From positions 1 through 35,585 of the forward strand of contig JBJMHS010000080.1 of assembly GCA_045807245.1 (NCBI GenBank): a stretch of 35,585 bases of DNA. Reading direction: 5' to 3'. The DNA is from Actinomycetales bacterium (GTDB lineage Bacteria; Actinomycetota; Actinomycetes; Actinomycetales; CAVURS01). Below the pieces are notes generated by a model. That model ran no database searches and had not been told where the DNA came from. It saw only the letters and a program-made list of their open reading frames with translations. Shown piece after piece: positions 1 to 8,304 of this stretch. The stretch's first letter is position 1. Each line of letters opens with the position of its first letter. Made by a program: the position numbers and the translations under genes.

Positions 1-657
1 CGTGACCGAGCCCAGGGTGTGGTCGGACCAGCCCACCGGCCGGTCGAACCGCTCGCGCAGGGTCACCAGCGCACGCAGGTTGGCCTGCTCCACCGGCGCC
101 GGGTAGCTCGAGACGCAGTGCATGAGCAGCAGGCCGGATACGCCGGCCAGCCAGCCGACCGCGTCGGCCACCTCGGCCTCGGTGGCCATGCCGGTCGAGC
201 AGAGGACCGGCAGGTCGCGCCGGGCGACCTCGGTGAGCAGCGGCCGGTTGGTGAGCTCGCCCGACCCGAGCTTCAGCGCGTGCACCCCGAGGCGGCAGAC
301 CAGGTCGAGGCTGGCCAGGTCGAACGCGGTCGACATGAACTCGATGCCCCGGGCGGTGGCGTGGTCGCGCAGCTCGGGCCAGGCCGAGTCCGGCAGGACG
401 TACTGCTCGAGCAGCTCGCGCTGGGTCTGGACGCCGGTCGACGCTGCCTGGTACGCCGCGGTGCGGGCCGTCTCGGAGACCAGCGCCGCCGGGTCGAACG
501 TCTGGAACTTCACCGCGTCCGCGCCCGTGTCGGCCGCGAGGTCGACCAGGCGGTGCGCGTCGTCGACGGAGCCGTCGTGGTTCACGCCGGCCTCAGCGAT
601 GACATACAGCGGTGACCGGGCCACGACCGAGGGCCGGCCGAACATCAGATCGGACAT
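1..657 (-). CDS. neuB: N-acetylneuraminate synthase family protein (NeuB/LegI/PseI type), runs off the left edge
   Basis: Not in the ORF track because it has no stop in the window. Manual minus-strand translation from ATG 657 gives MSDLMFGRPSVVARSPLYVIAEAGVNHDGSVDDAHRLVDLAADTGADAVKFQTF...KLGSGELTN...STGMAT...HCVSSYP, which are NeuB motifs. Confidence 0.92.
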   Translation of the reverse strand, partial: MSDLMFGRPSVVARSPLYVIAEAGVNHDGSVDDAHRLVDLAADTGADAVKFQTFDPAALVSETARTAAYQAASTGVQTQRELLEQYVLPDSAWPELRDHATARGIEFMSTAFDLASLDLVCRLGVHALKLGSGELTNRPLLTEVARRDLPVLCSTGMATEAEVADAVGWLAGVSGLLLMHCVSSYPAPVEQANLRALVTLRERFDRPVGWSDHTLGSVT

Positions 658-675
658 CCGGGCCAGGATAGGTGC
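658..675. promoter_or_regulatory. Overlapping divergent leaderless -10 boxes for neuB and neuA
   Basis: Minus-strand TATCCT (665-670) lies 7 nt before ATG 657. Plus-strand CAGGAT (664-669) lies 6 nt before ATG 676. Confidence 0.6.
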
Positions 676-1416
676 ATGCGTGTGCTGGCCGTGGTCCCGG
701 CGCGAGGCGGCTCGAAGGGCCTGCCGGGCAAGAACGTCCGCCCGCTCGCCGGGCTGCCGCTCATCGGGCACAGCCTGCGCGCGGCCGCGATGATGCGCTC
801 GGTCACCCGCTGCGTCGTGAGCACCGAGTCCGTCGAGATCGCCGACACCGCACGTGAGCTCGGCGGTGACGTCCCGTTCCTGCGCCCGGCCGAGCTGGCC
901 GAGGACGACACGCCCATGGCGCCGGTGCTGCGGCACGCAGTGGTGACGGTCGAGGAACAGGAGGGATCGGCGTACGACGCCGTGGTGCTGCTCGACCCGA
1001 CCAGCCCGGCGCGCGTGCCGGCCGACGTGGATGCCGCCGTCGAGCGCCTGGCCGGGAACCCCCGCTGGGACGGCGTGGTCAGCGTCTCGGAGCCGACGTT
1101 CAACCCGGTCTGGGTCGGGGTGCGCCCGGCTGCCGACGACCCGGACGTCATGGAGCGCTACTTCGCGGACGGGCGTGGCGTCACCCGGCGTCAGCAGGTC
1201 GAGCGGTACCTGCGGGTGAACGGCAACTTCTACGTCTGGCGGGCCGCGTTCGTCCGCCGGATGGAGACGTCGTGGATGGACGAGGGGGTGCACGGGATGG
1301 TGGAGATCCCGGAGGCCCGGGCCTTCGCGATCGACTACGCCTACGAGTTCGAGCTGCTCGAGGCGCTGGTCACCCAAGGGCTGGTGCAGCTGCCGTGGCT
1401 CACAGCACGTGCCTGA
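676..1416 (+). CDS. neuA: Acylneuraminate cytidylyltransferase (CMP-nonulosonate synthetase)
   Basis: N-terminal PARGGSKGLPGKN motif, VVSTES, RPAELAEDDTP, LLDPTSPAR, NGNFY and FAIDY. Confidence 0.93.
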   Translation: MRVLAVVPARGGSKGLPGKNVRPLAGLPLIGHSLRAAAMMRSVTRCVVSTESVEIADTARELGGDVPFLRPAELAEDDTPMAPVLRHAVVTVEEQEGSAYDAVVLLDPTSPARVPADVDAAVERLAGNPRWDGVVSVSEPTFNPVWVGVRPAADDPDVMERYFADGRGVTRRQQVERYLRVNGNFYVWRAAFVRRMETSWMDEGVHGMVEIPEARAFAIDYAYEFELLEALVTQGLVQLPWLTARA

Positions 1417-1834
1417 CGTCTCCCTCGTAGAGCTGGGCGATCGCGTCCTCGACCCGGCGCAGTCGCTCCTCGTAGTGGCTGATGATCTGCATGCGCACCC
1501 GCACCTGCTGGTGCTCGCGTCGCACCTCCTCGAGCAGGCTGCGCGCCTCGGCCTGGTCGTCGCCGTCCACGACGAAGGCTCCGGCGGAGAGCCGCTCCTC
1601 GAACTGGCCCATGCGCTCCTCGAGGACGCCGACCTGGTTCAAGAGCCGTCCGTGCTCGACTGCCCGGTAGCTCGCGGCCGCTGACGTCGGTCGCCACTGC
1701 TCGCGCAGCTGGGCCACCTGCGCGGACAGCTTCTCCATCTGCCGGGCCTGGCGACGCAGCTGCTCGTGGACGGACGCGGGCACGAACGCCTTGCGGCGCA
1801 AGCGAGCCAGTCCTCGGCGTACCGGATCGGTCAT
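1400..1834 (-). CDS. Hypothetical coiled-coil protein
   Basis: 144 aa, E/Q/R/L-rich helical pattern. Starts 13 nt after the upstream gene with an AGGA SD-like sequence. Confidence 0.7.
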   Translation of the reverse strand: MTDPVRRGLARLRRKAFVPASVHEQLRRQARQMEKLSAQVAQLREQWRPTSAAASYRAVEHGRLLNQVGVLEERMGQFEERLSAGAFVVDGDDQAEARSLLEEVRREHQQVRVRMQIISHYEERLRRVEDAIAQLYEGDVRHVL

Positions 1835-1847
1835 GGCAGTCCTGCTC

Positions 1848-2528
1848 TCAGTCGCGGAAGCGCACGCTGCCGTCGGCGACCCACGCCTTCAGCAGAGCGC
1901 CCTCGAGGGCCAGGTCGTGGAACTTGTTGACGCGGGTCGTGCCACCGCTGTGGTGGGTCCACTCGGTCTGCTCGTGCTGGTCGAGGAAGGAGAAGCCGGT
2001 CGCCACCATGTCGGCACCGGGGAACATCTCGTGCGCCAGGTACATCGCCGTGGTGCCGCTCGTCGGCGTCAGCGACCCCGGCTCGTGATCGGGGTCGAGC
2101 AGGTCGACGAGCCGCTTCTTCACGACCTTGTTCGGGATCGGCATGGCCCCGAGGTCCGGCGGCCAGAAGTCCGGCCGGGGCCGCACACCGGGGTAGAGCG
2201 GGAAGCCGAGCTGCGGCACGAGGTAGGCCCGGTGCCGGTAGTCCTGGAAGACCCATCGCGTCATGCGCACCGATCGGGACAGGACGACCGCGTGGCAGGC
2301 GACGCCCAGGCAAGCCGGCTCCCCCGGCGCGTCCAGCCGCAGCGAGTTCATCCGGATGACCAGGTCGCACGAGTCGAGGTCCTCCGCCCGCGCGGCGTCC
2401 GGCTGCAGGGGGGCGTTGCCGACGACGGCCACCTTCCGCACCGGGTCGTGCCCGGCGTACGCGAGCAGGAAGGAACGGATCTCCTCCCACTGCTCCTGCT
2501 CGGAGTCGGCCATCTCCGCTGCCAGCAC
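1848..2528 (-). CDS. GT29-like (sialyltransferase-like) glycosyltransferase
   Basis: Sialylmotif L-like KVAVVGNAP...DLDSCDLVIRMN, motif S-like PTSGTTAMYLAHEMFPGADMVATGF and VS-like HDLALE. CAGGAT -10 lies 6 nt before the GTG. Confidence 0.72.
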   Translation of the reverse strand: MLAAEMADSEQEQWEEIRSFLLAYAGHDPVRKVAVVGNAPLQPDAARAEDLDSCDLVIRMNSLRLDAPGEPACLGVACHAVVLSRSVRMTRWVFQDYRHRAYLVPQLGFPLYPGVRPRPDFWPPDLGAMPIPNKVVKKRLVDLLDPDHEPGSLTPTSGTTAMYLAHEMFPGADMVATGFSFLDQHEQTEWTHHSGGTTRVNKFHDLALEGALLKAWVADGSVRFRD

Positions 2529-2726
2529 CCGAACATCCTGTCATCCGGCATGTATCAGGCGGGGGCCGCGCGCGCTCTTGGCGCCGTGGACTCGTCCACA
2601 GCTCGGTCCTCTGCTGAGCCGGGCAGGACCGACTCAGTACGGCGGTGGGACGGCTAATCCCTGGTGCCGTCCCGCCGTCGTACGTCGGCCGCTGCGCGAT
2701 CAGAGGCGGCCAGTACCTTGTCGCCC

Positions 2727-5054
2727 ATGCGCCCCGCCGACATCGACGCCGTGCTGCAGGCGCCACCCCCGACGTACGGCCCGCAGGACGCGTGTGAGAT
2801 CGGGCGCGTCACCCATGGTCTGGCCGCCGCCGGCGCGCGGAACCTCGGGAGCGAGCGGGACCAGACCTTCCTGCTGTACGACGAGAGGTCCGACCCCCTC
2901 GCGGTCCTGAAGGTCTCCAACGCCGTCGAGGACCCCGCCACCCTCGACATGGAGGCGCTCGTCGCCCTCCACGCGGTGCGGGCCGACCCGGAGCTGGCGG
3001 TGGCGCAGCCGCGGCTGACGGCGGCAGGTGAGCACCGGGCCTTGTGGTCCGGTGGCGGTGGGCCGAACTGGGTGCGCGCGTACGACGTCCTGCCGGGTCG
3101 GTCGCGGTTCGACCCGACGACGCTGGGGGACCGGGCTCTGGTCGCGTGGGGCGAGACGACGGCGCGGCTCGGTCTGGCGCTGCGCACGTTCATCCACCCC
3201 AAGATGATCCGGCGCCTGCCGTGGGACGTCCAGCATGCGGCCTCGGTGCGGCCCATGCTGGACGCGGTGCACGATGCCGAGCTGCGTGGCCTGGTGTCGC
3301 GGGTGCTCGACCGGTACGAGGAGGTCGTGGCCCCGGCCTGGCAGACACTGCGCTCGCAGGCGGTGCACGGGGACCTCACCACGGACAACGTGCTCGCCGA
3401 CGACGACGGCTACATCACCGGGATCATCGACTTCGGGGACCTGAGCTTCACCGCGCTGGTGGTCGATCTGGCCTCGGCGCTCGACTCGCTCGCGGCCGGC
3501 CGTCCCGGCGACGAGATGCTGCGGGTGGCCCGGTTGGTGCTGGACGGATACGAGCGGTACGCGCCGTTGGAGGCTCGCGAGCTAGCGATCCTCGGTGAGC
3601 TGTGGGCGGCGCGCTCGGCCGTCGGGGTCGCCATCGGATCGTGGCGGGCGGCCGAGGGCCTGGAGGAGCCGGGGTTCGCCCAGCGGCTCGACGACGTGGC
3701 CGGTGTGATGATGGAGCACCTACTCACGACCGGGTGGGATGCCGTCGCCCGGCGGCTCGGGTCGGGTGACCCGGGCGCCCGTCGGGGCTCTGCGACCGAC
3801 CTGGCCGGTCGCCGCGAGGCAGCGTTCGGGCCGGCGATGGAGGCACTGAGCTACGCCCAGCCGATCGAGATGGCCACTGCGAGCGGGCTCTGGATGACCG
3901 ACACCGCCGGCCGCCGGTACCTCGACATGTACAACAACGTGGTGTGCCTCGGACACGCGCATCCGCGGGTCACGTCCGCGGTGGCGCGGCAGTGGCGCGT
4001 GCTGAACACCAATATGCGCTACCTCCACCACGGCGCCATCGAGCTGGCCGAGCGGCTGCTCGCGACCTGTCCTGACGGCCTGGACACCGTGCTGTTCGTG
4101 AACTCCGGCTCGGAGGCCAACGACGTCGCCTGGCGCATCGCCCGGCACGTGACGGGTCACCAGGGAGGACTGTGCACCGACTTCGCCTACCACGGGATCA
4201 CGGACGCGATCGCGGCCCTTTCACCGGAGACCATCCCGCCCGGGCGGCTGCCCTCGCACGTCGAGACCTGGAGACCGGCCGACGGCTACCGGGGCGCGTT
4301 CCTCGACTCGACCGAGTTCGCGGAGGCGCTCGATCGCTTGTCCACCAAGGGTTTCGCTCTCTCGGCCACGATCCTCGACGGCGTTCTGCAGAGCGACGGC
4401 GTACTCGACCTGGAGCCAGACTACGTCCAGGAGCTGCTGCGCATCACTCACGCCGCGGGCGGGCTGTGGATCGCCGACGAGGTGCAGGGTGGCCACGGCC
4501 GCACGGGTGAGGCGATGTGGTCCTTCGAGCGTTTCGGGATCACGCCCGACTTCGTGACGCTCGGCAAGCCGATGGGCAATGGTCAGCCGGTGGGTGCGGT
4601 CATCACGCGGCGCGAGCTGGTGGAGTCGTTCGGCCGAGACACGGTGTTCTTCTCGACGTTCGGCGGCAACCAGGTGTCCATGGCGGCCTCGCACGCAGTC
4701 CTGGACGTCCTCGCGGACGAGCGGGTCCTGCCGAGGGTCACGCTCGCCGGCGAAGCGCTGCGTGCGGCTCTGCGCGAGGCCACCACTGGTTTCGAGGTGG
4801 TCGGAGACGTACGCGGCATGGGCCTGGCCAACGGCATCGAGCTCGTCACCGACCACGGCACGAAGCAGCCGCACGCCGCGCTCGCCAACGCCGTGAAGGA
4901 CGGACTACGCCGACGCGGCGTGCTCGTCGGCACGACCGGACGGCACGGCAACGTTCTCAAGGTCCGACCTCCGCTGGCTTTCACCGCCGACCTCGTGCCC
5001 ACGTTCGTCGACGCGCTGGTGGCAACGGTCGACCAGGTCAGCCCGTCGGTTTGA
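2727..5054 (+). CDS. Fusion of an aminoglycoside-phosphotransferase-fold kinase and a class III PLP aminotransferase/phospho-lyase (hydroxylysine kinase/phospholyase-like)
   Basis: Kinase motifs HGDLTTDNVL and IIDFGD. AT-III motifs YLDMYNNV, NSGSEAND, DEVQGGHGRTG and TLGKPMGNG. TACCTT lies 7 nt before ATG 2727. Confidence 0.88.
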   Translation: MRPADIDAVLQAPPPTYGPQDACEIGRVTHGLAAAGARNLGSERDQTFLLYDERSDPLAVLKVSNAVEDPATLDMEALVALHAVRADPELAVAQPRLTAAGEHRALWSGGGGPNWVRAYDVLPGRSRFDPTTLGDRALVAWGETTARLGLALRTFIHPKMIRRLPWDVQHAASVRPMLDAVHDAELRGLVSRVLDRYEEVVAPAWQTLRSQAVHGDLTTDNVLADDDGYITGIIDFGDLSFTALVVDLASALDSLAAGRPGDEMLRVARLVLDGYERYAPLEARELAILGELWAARSAVGVAIGSWRAAEGLEEPGFAQRLDDVAGVMMEHLLTTGWDAVARRLGSGDPGARRGSATDLAGRREAAFGPAMEALSYAQPIEMATASGLWMTDTAGRRYLDMYNNVVCLGHAHPRVTSAVARQWRVLNTNMRYLHHGAIELAERLLATCPDGLDTVLFVNSGSEANDVAWRIARHVTGHQGGLCTDFAYHGITDAIAALSPETIPPGRLPSHVETWRPADGYRGAFLDSTEFAEALDRLSTKGFALSATILDGVLQSDGVLDLEPDYVQELLRITHAAGGLWIADEVQGGHGRTGEAMWSFERFGITPDFVTLGKPMGNGQPVGAVITRRELVESFGRDTVFFSTFGGNQVSMAASHAVLDVLADERVLPRVTLAGEALRAALREATTGFEVVGDVRGMGLANGIELVTDHGTKQPHAALANAVKDGLRRRGVLVGTTGRHGNVLKVRPPLAFTADLVPTFVDALVATVDQVSPSV

Positions 5055-6567
5055 GCGGCGGGCCGACCCCCCGCTCGTCCCGCCAGTCCTCCGGCCAGCT
5101 CACGTACTCGTGGCCGGTCCGGGTCCGGAACACCAGGGCGCCGTTTGCGTCCCCCCTGACCGCGAGGACCCCGTCGGTCTTGAGGTGATGACCGCGCAGG
5201 CCGAGGGTCTCGAGCTGGGCAGCAGTCGTCGTACCTCCGGACTCCGGGTCGGCATGGTGGTACGGCACGACATGGTCGATCTCGGTCACCTGCCCGCCCT
5301 CGATGGGCAGCCGCGAGCGCAGCCCGTCGCGAAGCCGGACGAACGTGCGCATCCGTCGCGGCGGCCGGTACCGCGATGAGACATCAGTCGCGATCCCGGT
5401 CCGCGGATGTCGGTACAACGCCAGCCAGGTGGCCTGCTCCGGGTCGTAGGCGATCTGCCGGGCCACTTCGGCCGGGAGGGGCTCGGGCCCACCAGGCCCG
5501 TACAGGGTCGCCGGCTGGTCATCCAGCCCGAGCGCAGTGTCGTCGTTCATCGAGATGACCACCAAGGTCGACGGTCGGCGCTCACCAGAGCGCTCCTCAG
5601 CGGGCGGCACTCCGAATGCGCCGTCGGAGAGCTGCCCGAGGGCGACGTCGCACCGCAGCTGGTCCATGTTGCGTGGGTCCCCGCCCTTGCGCAGACTGCG
5701 TGCCCGACCGTCCACGGCCGCAAAGGCGGCGCCAACGTCGACGGCAGGCCCAACGATCCGGATCTCCCCGGTGGAGTCCGGCAACGGTCGATGTTCCACC
5801 CGCCGCGCGGCTCGGGTCGCCGACTCGCGCCGAGCGCCGGCCTCCGGGTCGCTCGCCTCGACCTCGTGGCGTACGGCACGGCGCAGCACTGCCGGCTGTA
5901 GCTCGAGCAGCCGCGCCCCAGCGCGACGCAATGGCCGGATCAGCTCCTCCGCGTGGTTGCTGGGCCGCTGGCTGGGCTCGGGGTGGTCGCACGAGTGCGT
6001 GCCGTCACCCACGACCGATGCGACGACCCGGTCCTGCCCAGCCCCGTCGAGCACCGAAGTCTCACCGAGCAACAACTCCGCTCGTCGGCGGTCGATCCGG
6101 CCGCGAGCCAATGCGTCCGCGAGCGTCGGATGCAGGGCCAGGCCGGCGGCCAGGTCGAGATCGCGGTCGGCCGCCCACGGAGTGATGCCGGTGGCGAGCG
6201 ACACTTCAGTGGAGACGCAACGCTCGGCCAGCCGCGCGTCGTCGAACTGGTGTGAGGCTCAGGCCTTCGTACCTCGCGAGTCGCGGTGCGCCACCATCCC
6301 GTACGAGGACATCTCTGCGTAGAGGCGTTGCTGCAGCTTCGCCAGCACCCTCATCCGAGCAGCGACCGCCCAGTCTTCGAGCCTGCTCAGGGCGACCGTC
6401 GCGTCGACCAGCAGCCCATCACCCTCGACTCCGTCGGGCACCTCGTCCAGGTTGGCCAGCACCGGCGCGAGCAGGTGCGCCAGGACGACGCCTGAGACGT
6501 CCCCGAAGCCCTCGGCGCCAGGCACCTCGGGCGGCTCAGCGGCGCCATCCGCTGCTATTTCGAACAT
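5038..6567 (-). pseudogene. DUF222/HNH (13E12-repeat-like) protein interrupted by one in-frame TGA at 6259-6261
   Basis: ORFs 6259..6612 and 5038..6204 share a frame, with 18 sense codons between the TGA and the second ORF's start. Motifs include VSLATGIT, DPRNMDQLRCD, YRPPRRMRTFVRLRDG, IDHVVPY and HHLKT. Probable start is ATG 6567 (MFE...). Confidence 0.8.
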
Positions 6568-6575
6568 ACGTGAGA
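6560..6575. promoter_or_regulatory. LexA (SOS) box-like site overlapping the DUF222/HNH start codon
   Basis: TCGAACATACGTGAGA against the actinobacterial consensus TCGAAC-N4-GTTCGA (2 mismatches). Confidence 0.6.
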
Positions 6576-6596
6576 ATCTAGACCAGAGCCCCGACA
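6575..6596 (-). promoter_or_regulatory. PafBC-type (RecA-NDp) DNA-damage promoter
   Basis: Minus strand reads TGTCGG-GGCTCTGGTC(10 nt)-TAGATT, 7 nt before ATG 6567. This is an exact match to TGTCGG-N10-TANNNT. Confidence 0.82.
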
Positions 6597-6645
6597 GTCC
6601 CATATCGGTCATCCACAGCGGTCGCCGTGGCCCGGCCAGCCAGCC

Positions 6646-7110
6646 TCACTGCAGCGGGATCTCGAACCCCTCGCCGATCTCGGACTCCGGCCGCGGGCCG
6701 AAGATGCGGCGCTCGGTCTCGCTGATCCGCACGTCGTTGATGCTCGCCTCGCGCCGGCGCATGAGCCCCTCCGAGTCGAACTCCCAGTTCTCGTTGCCAT
6801 AGCTGCGCCACCACTGCCCGGACGCGTCCCGGGACTCGTACTGGAAGCGCACGGCGATCCGGTCGTCGGTGAACGCCCACAGGCTCTTGCGCAGCGCATA
6901 GTCCAGCTCGCGCTCCCACTTGGCGGTCAGGAACGCGACGATCTCGGCCCGCCCGTGGACGAACTGGTCGCGGTTCCGCCAGAGGGAGTCCTCGGTGTAC
7001 GCCGACGCGACCCGCTCCGGGTCCCGCGCGTTCCACGCGTTCTCGGCCGCCTGCACCTTCTGCATCGCGGTCTCGCGGGTGAACGGCGGTACGGGCGGTC
7101 GGACAGCCAT
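6646..7110 (-). CDS. DUF1348/SnoaL-like NTF2-fold protein
   Basis: [24 protein letters not shown]...WRNR...[17 protein letters not shown]...[10 protein letters not shown]...[14 protein letters not shown] lies 6 nt upstream. Confidence 0.92.
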   Translation of the reverse strand: MAVRPPVPPFTRETAMQKVQAAENAWNARDPERVASAYTEDSLWRNRDQFVHGRAEIVAFLTAKWERELDYALRKSLWAFTDDRIAVRFQYESRDASGQWWRSYGNENWEFDSEGLMRRREASINDVRISETERRIFGPRPESEIGEGFEIPLQ

Positions 7111-7128
7111 GCGGTCAGGCTAGCCCGG

Positions 7129-7632
7129 TCATCGGGTGCGCAGCACGCAGTCGCCACACAGCCTGGCACCGGCGACCCGGTACATCAGGCAGCAGCTGTT
7201 CCGCACGAACCTGCTGCCTGAGAAGGCACCGTGCCCGGACAGCCCCCCGGCGGCCAGCAGACCACGCACCCACATGTCGACCTGACTCGCGCCAGCAGAC
7301 CGCCGCAGCACCGTGCCGGCGCCGACCAGCGACGACGCCACGTTGCCCCACATGACCTGTGCCGAGACGGAGAACGCCGATGCCGTGGCCGCGAGAAGGG
7401 CTCGACGAGGCCGGCACGAGGGGCAGCGCGCCGCCGAGGACGGCCGACCGCAGCCACGGCGAGACCAGACGGGCCGACCAGCCGAGGAACCAGATCGAGG
7501 CGGCGACCCTGGGTTCGACCCTGGCGAGGTCGGGGATCGCGACTCCCTCGAGGAGGGTCGAGAAGGGTGCCAGCCCGCGTCCGGCCGTGCCGCCAGCCAC
7601 TCGAGGGCGAAAAAGCCGCTGCCTGACACCAT
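7129..7632 (-). pseudogene. Degenerate FhuF-like (2Fe-2S)-binding/ferric siderophore reductase gene
   Basis: C-terminal RNSCCLMYRVAGARLCGDC and WGNVASSL are in one frame, while the central RVAASIWFLGWSARLVSP block is in a different frame. Confidence 0.65.
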
Positions 7633-7638
7633 GGAGGT

Positions 7639-8304
7639 GTGACCGGCTTCCTCGACCCCCTGCTGAACGCGCCGCAGTGGGCCGTCCTGCTGGTGGTGGG
7701 GCTGGTCGTCTTCGCCGAGGACGCGTTCTTCGTCGGTTTCGTCGTGCCGGGGGAGACCGCCGCGATCCTGGGCGGCGTCGCCGCGAGCCGGTCCCATGTC
7801 TCCCTCACCGCCGTCCTGGTCGTGGTCATCGCTGCCGCGATCATCGGCGACACCGTGGGCTACGAGATCGGCCGGCACGTCGGGCCTCGCATCCTGGCCC
7901 TGCCGATCATGGAGCGCCGGCGACGCCGGCTGGACGCCGCCCAGGCGTACCTGGCCCGGCGCGGCGGCATGGCGGTCCTGCTCGGCCGCTGGACCGCGTT
8001 CTTCCGAGCCGTCATGCCCGCGCTGGCCGGCTCGGCCCGCATGCCGTACACCCGCTTCCTCGCCTACAACGCCACCGGGGGCATCGCGTGGGGCGTCGCC
8101 GTCGTCCTCGCCGGCTACTTCGCGGGCGAGTCCTTCGCCCGGGTCGAGAACGTGATGGGGCGGGTGGCCGCCGTCGTACTCGCGGTTCTGGTCCTTGCTG
8201 GTCTGACGGTCTGGTTCGTGAGCCGGCGTCGCCGCGAGGCAGCGGAGGACAGATCCGCCGACCTCGCGGCTGACGACACCGACGCGCCGGACCGCAGCCG
8301 CTAG
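7639..8304 (+). CDS. dedA: DedA family membrane protein
   Basis: FAEDAFFVGFVVPGET, GDTVGYEIGR, GRWTAFFRAVMPALAG and RFLAYN. Confidence 0.93.
   Translation: MTGFLDPLLNAPQWAVLLVVGLVVFAEDAFFVGFVVPGETAAILGGVAASRSHVSLTAVLVVVIAAAIIGDTVGYEIGRHVGPRILALPIMERRRRRLDAAQAYLARRGGMAVLLGRWTAFFRAVMPALAGSARMPYTRFLAYNATGGIAWGVAVVLAGYFAGESFARVENVMGRVAAVVLAVLVLAGLTVWFVSRRRREAAEDRSADLAADDTDAPDRSR

Noticed and set aside
6259..6261. Selenocysteine recoding of the in-frame TGA
   Set aside because: It falls in a variable region of a non-redox family, with no Cys-motif context and no convincing SECIS hairpin.
5038..6567. DUF222/HNH gene as an active mobile element
   Set aside because: No terminal repeats or target-site duplication are visible, and the frame is interrupted.
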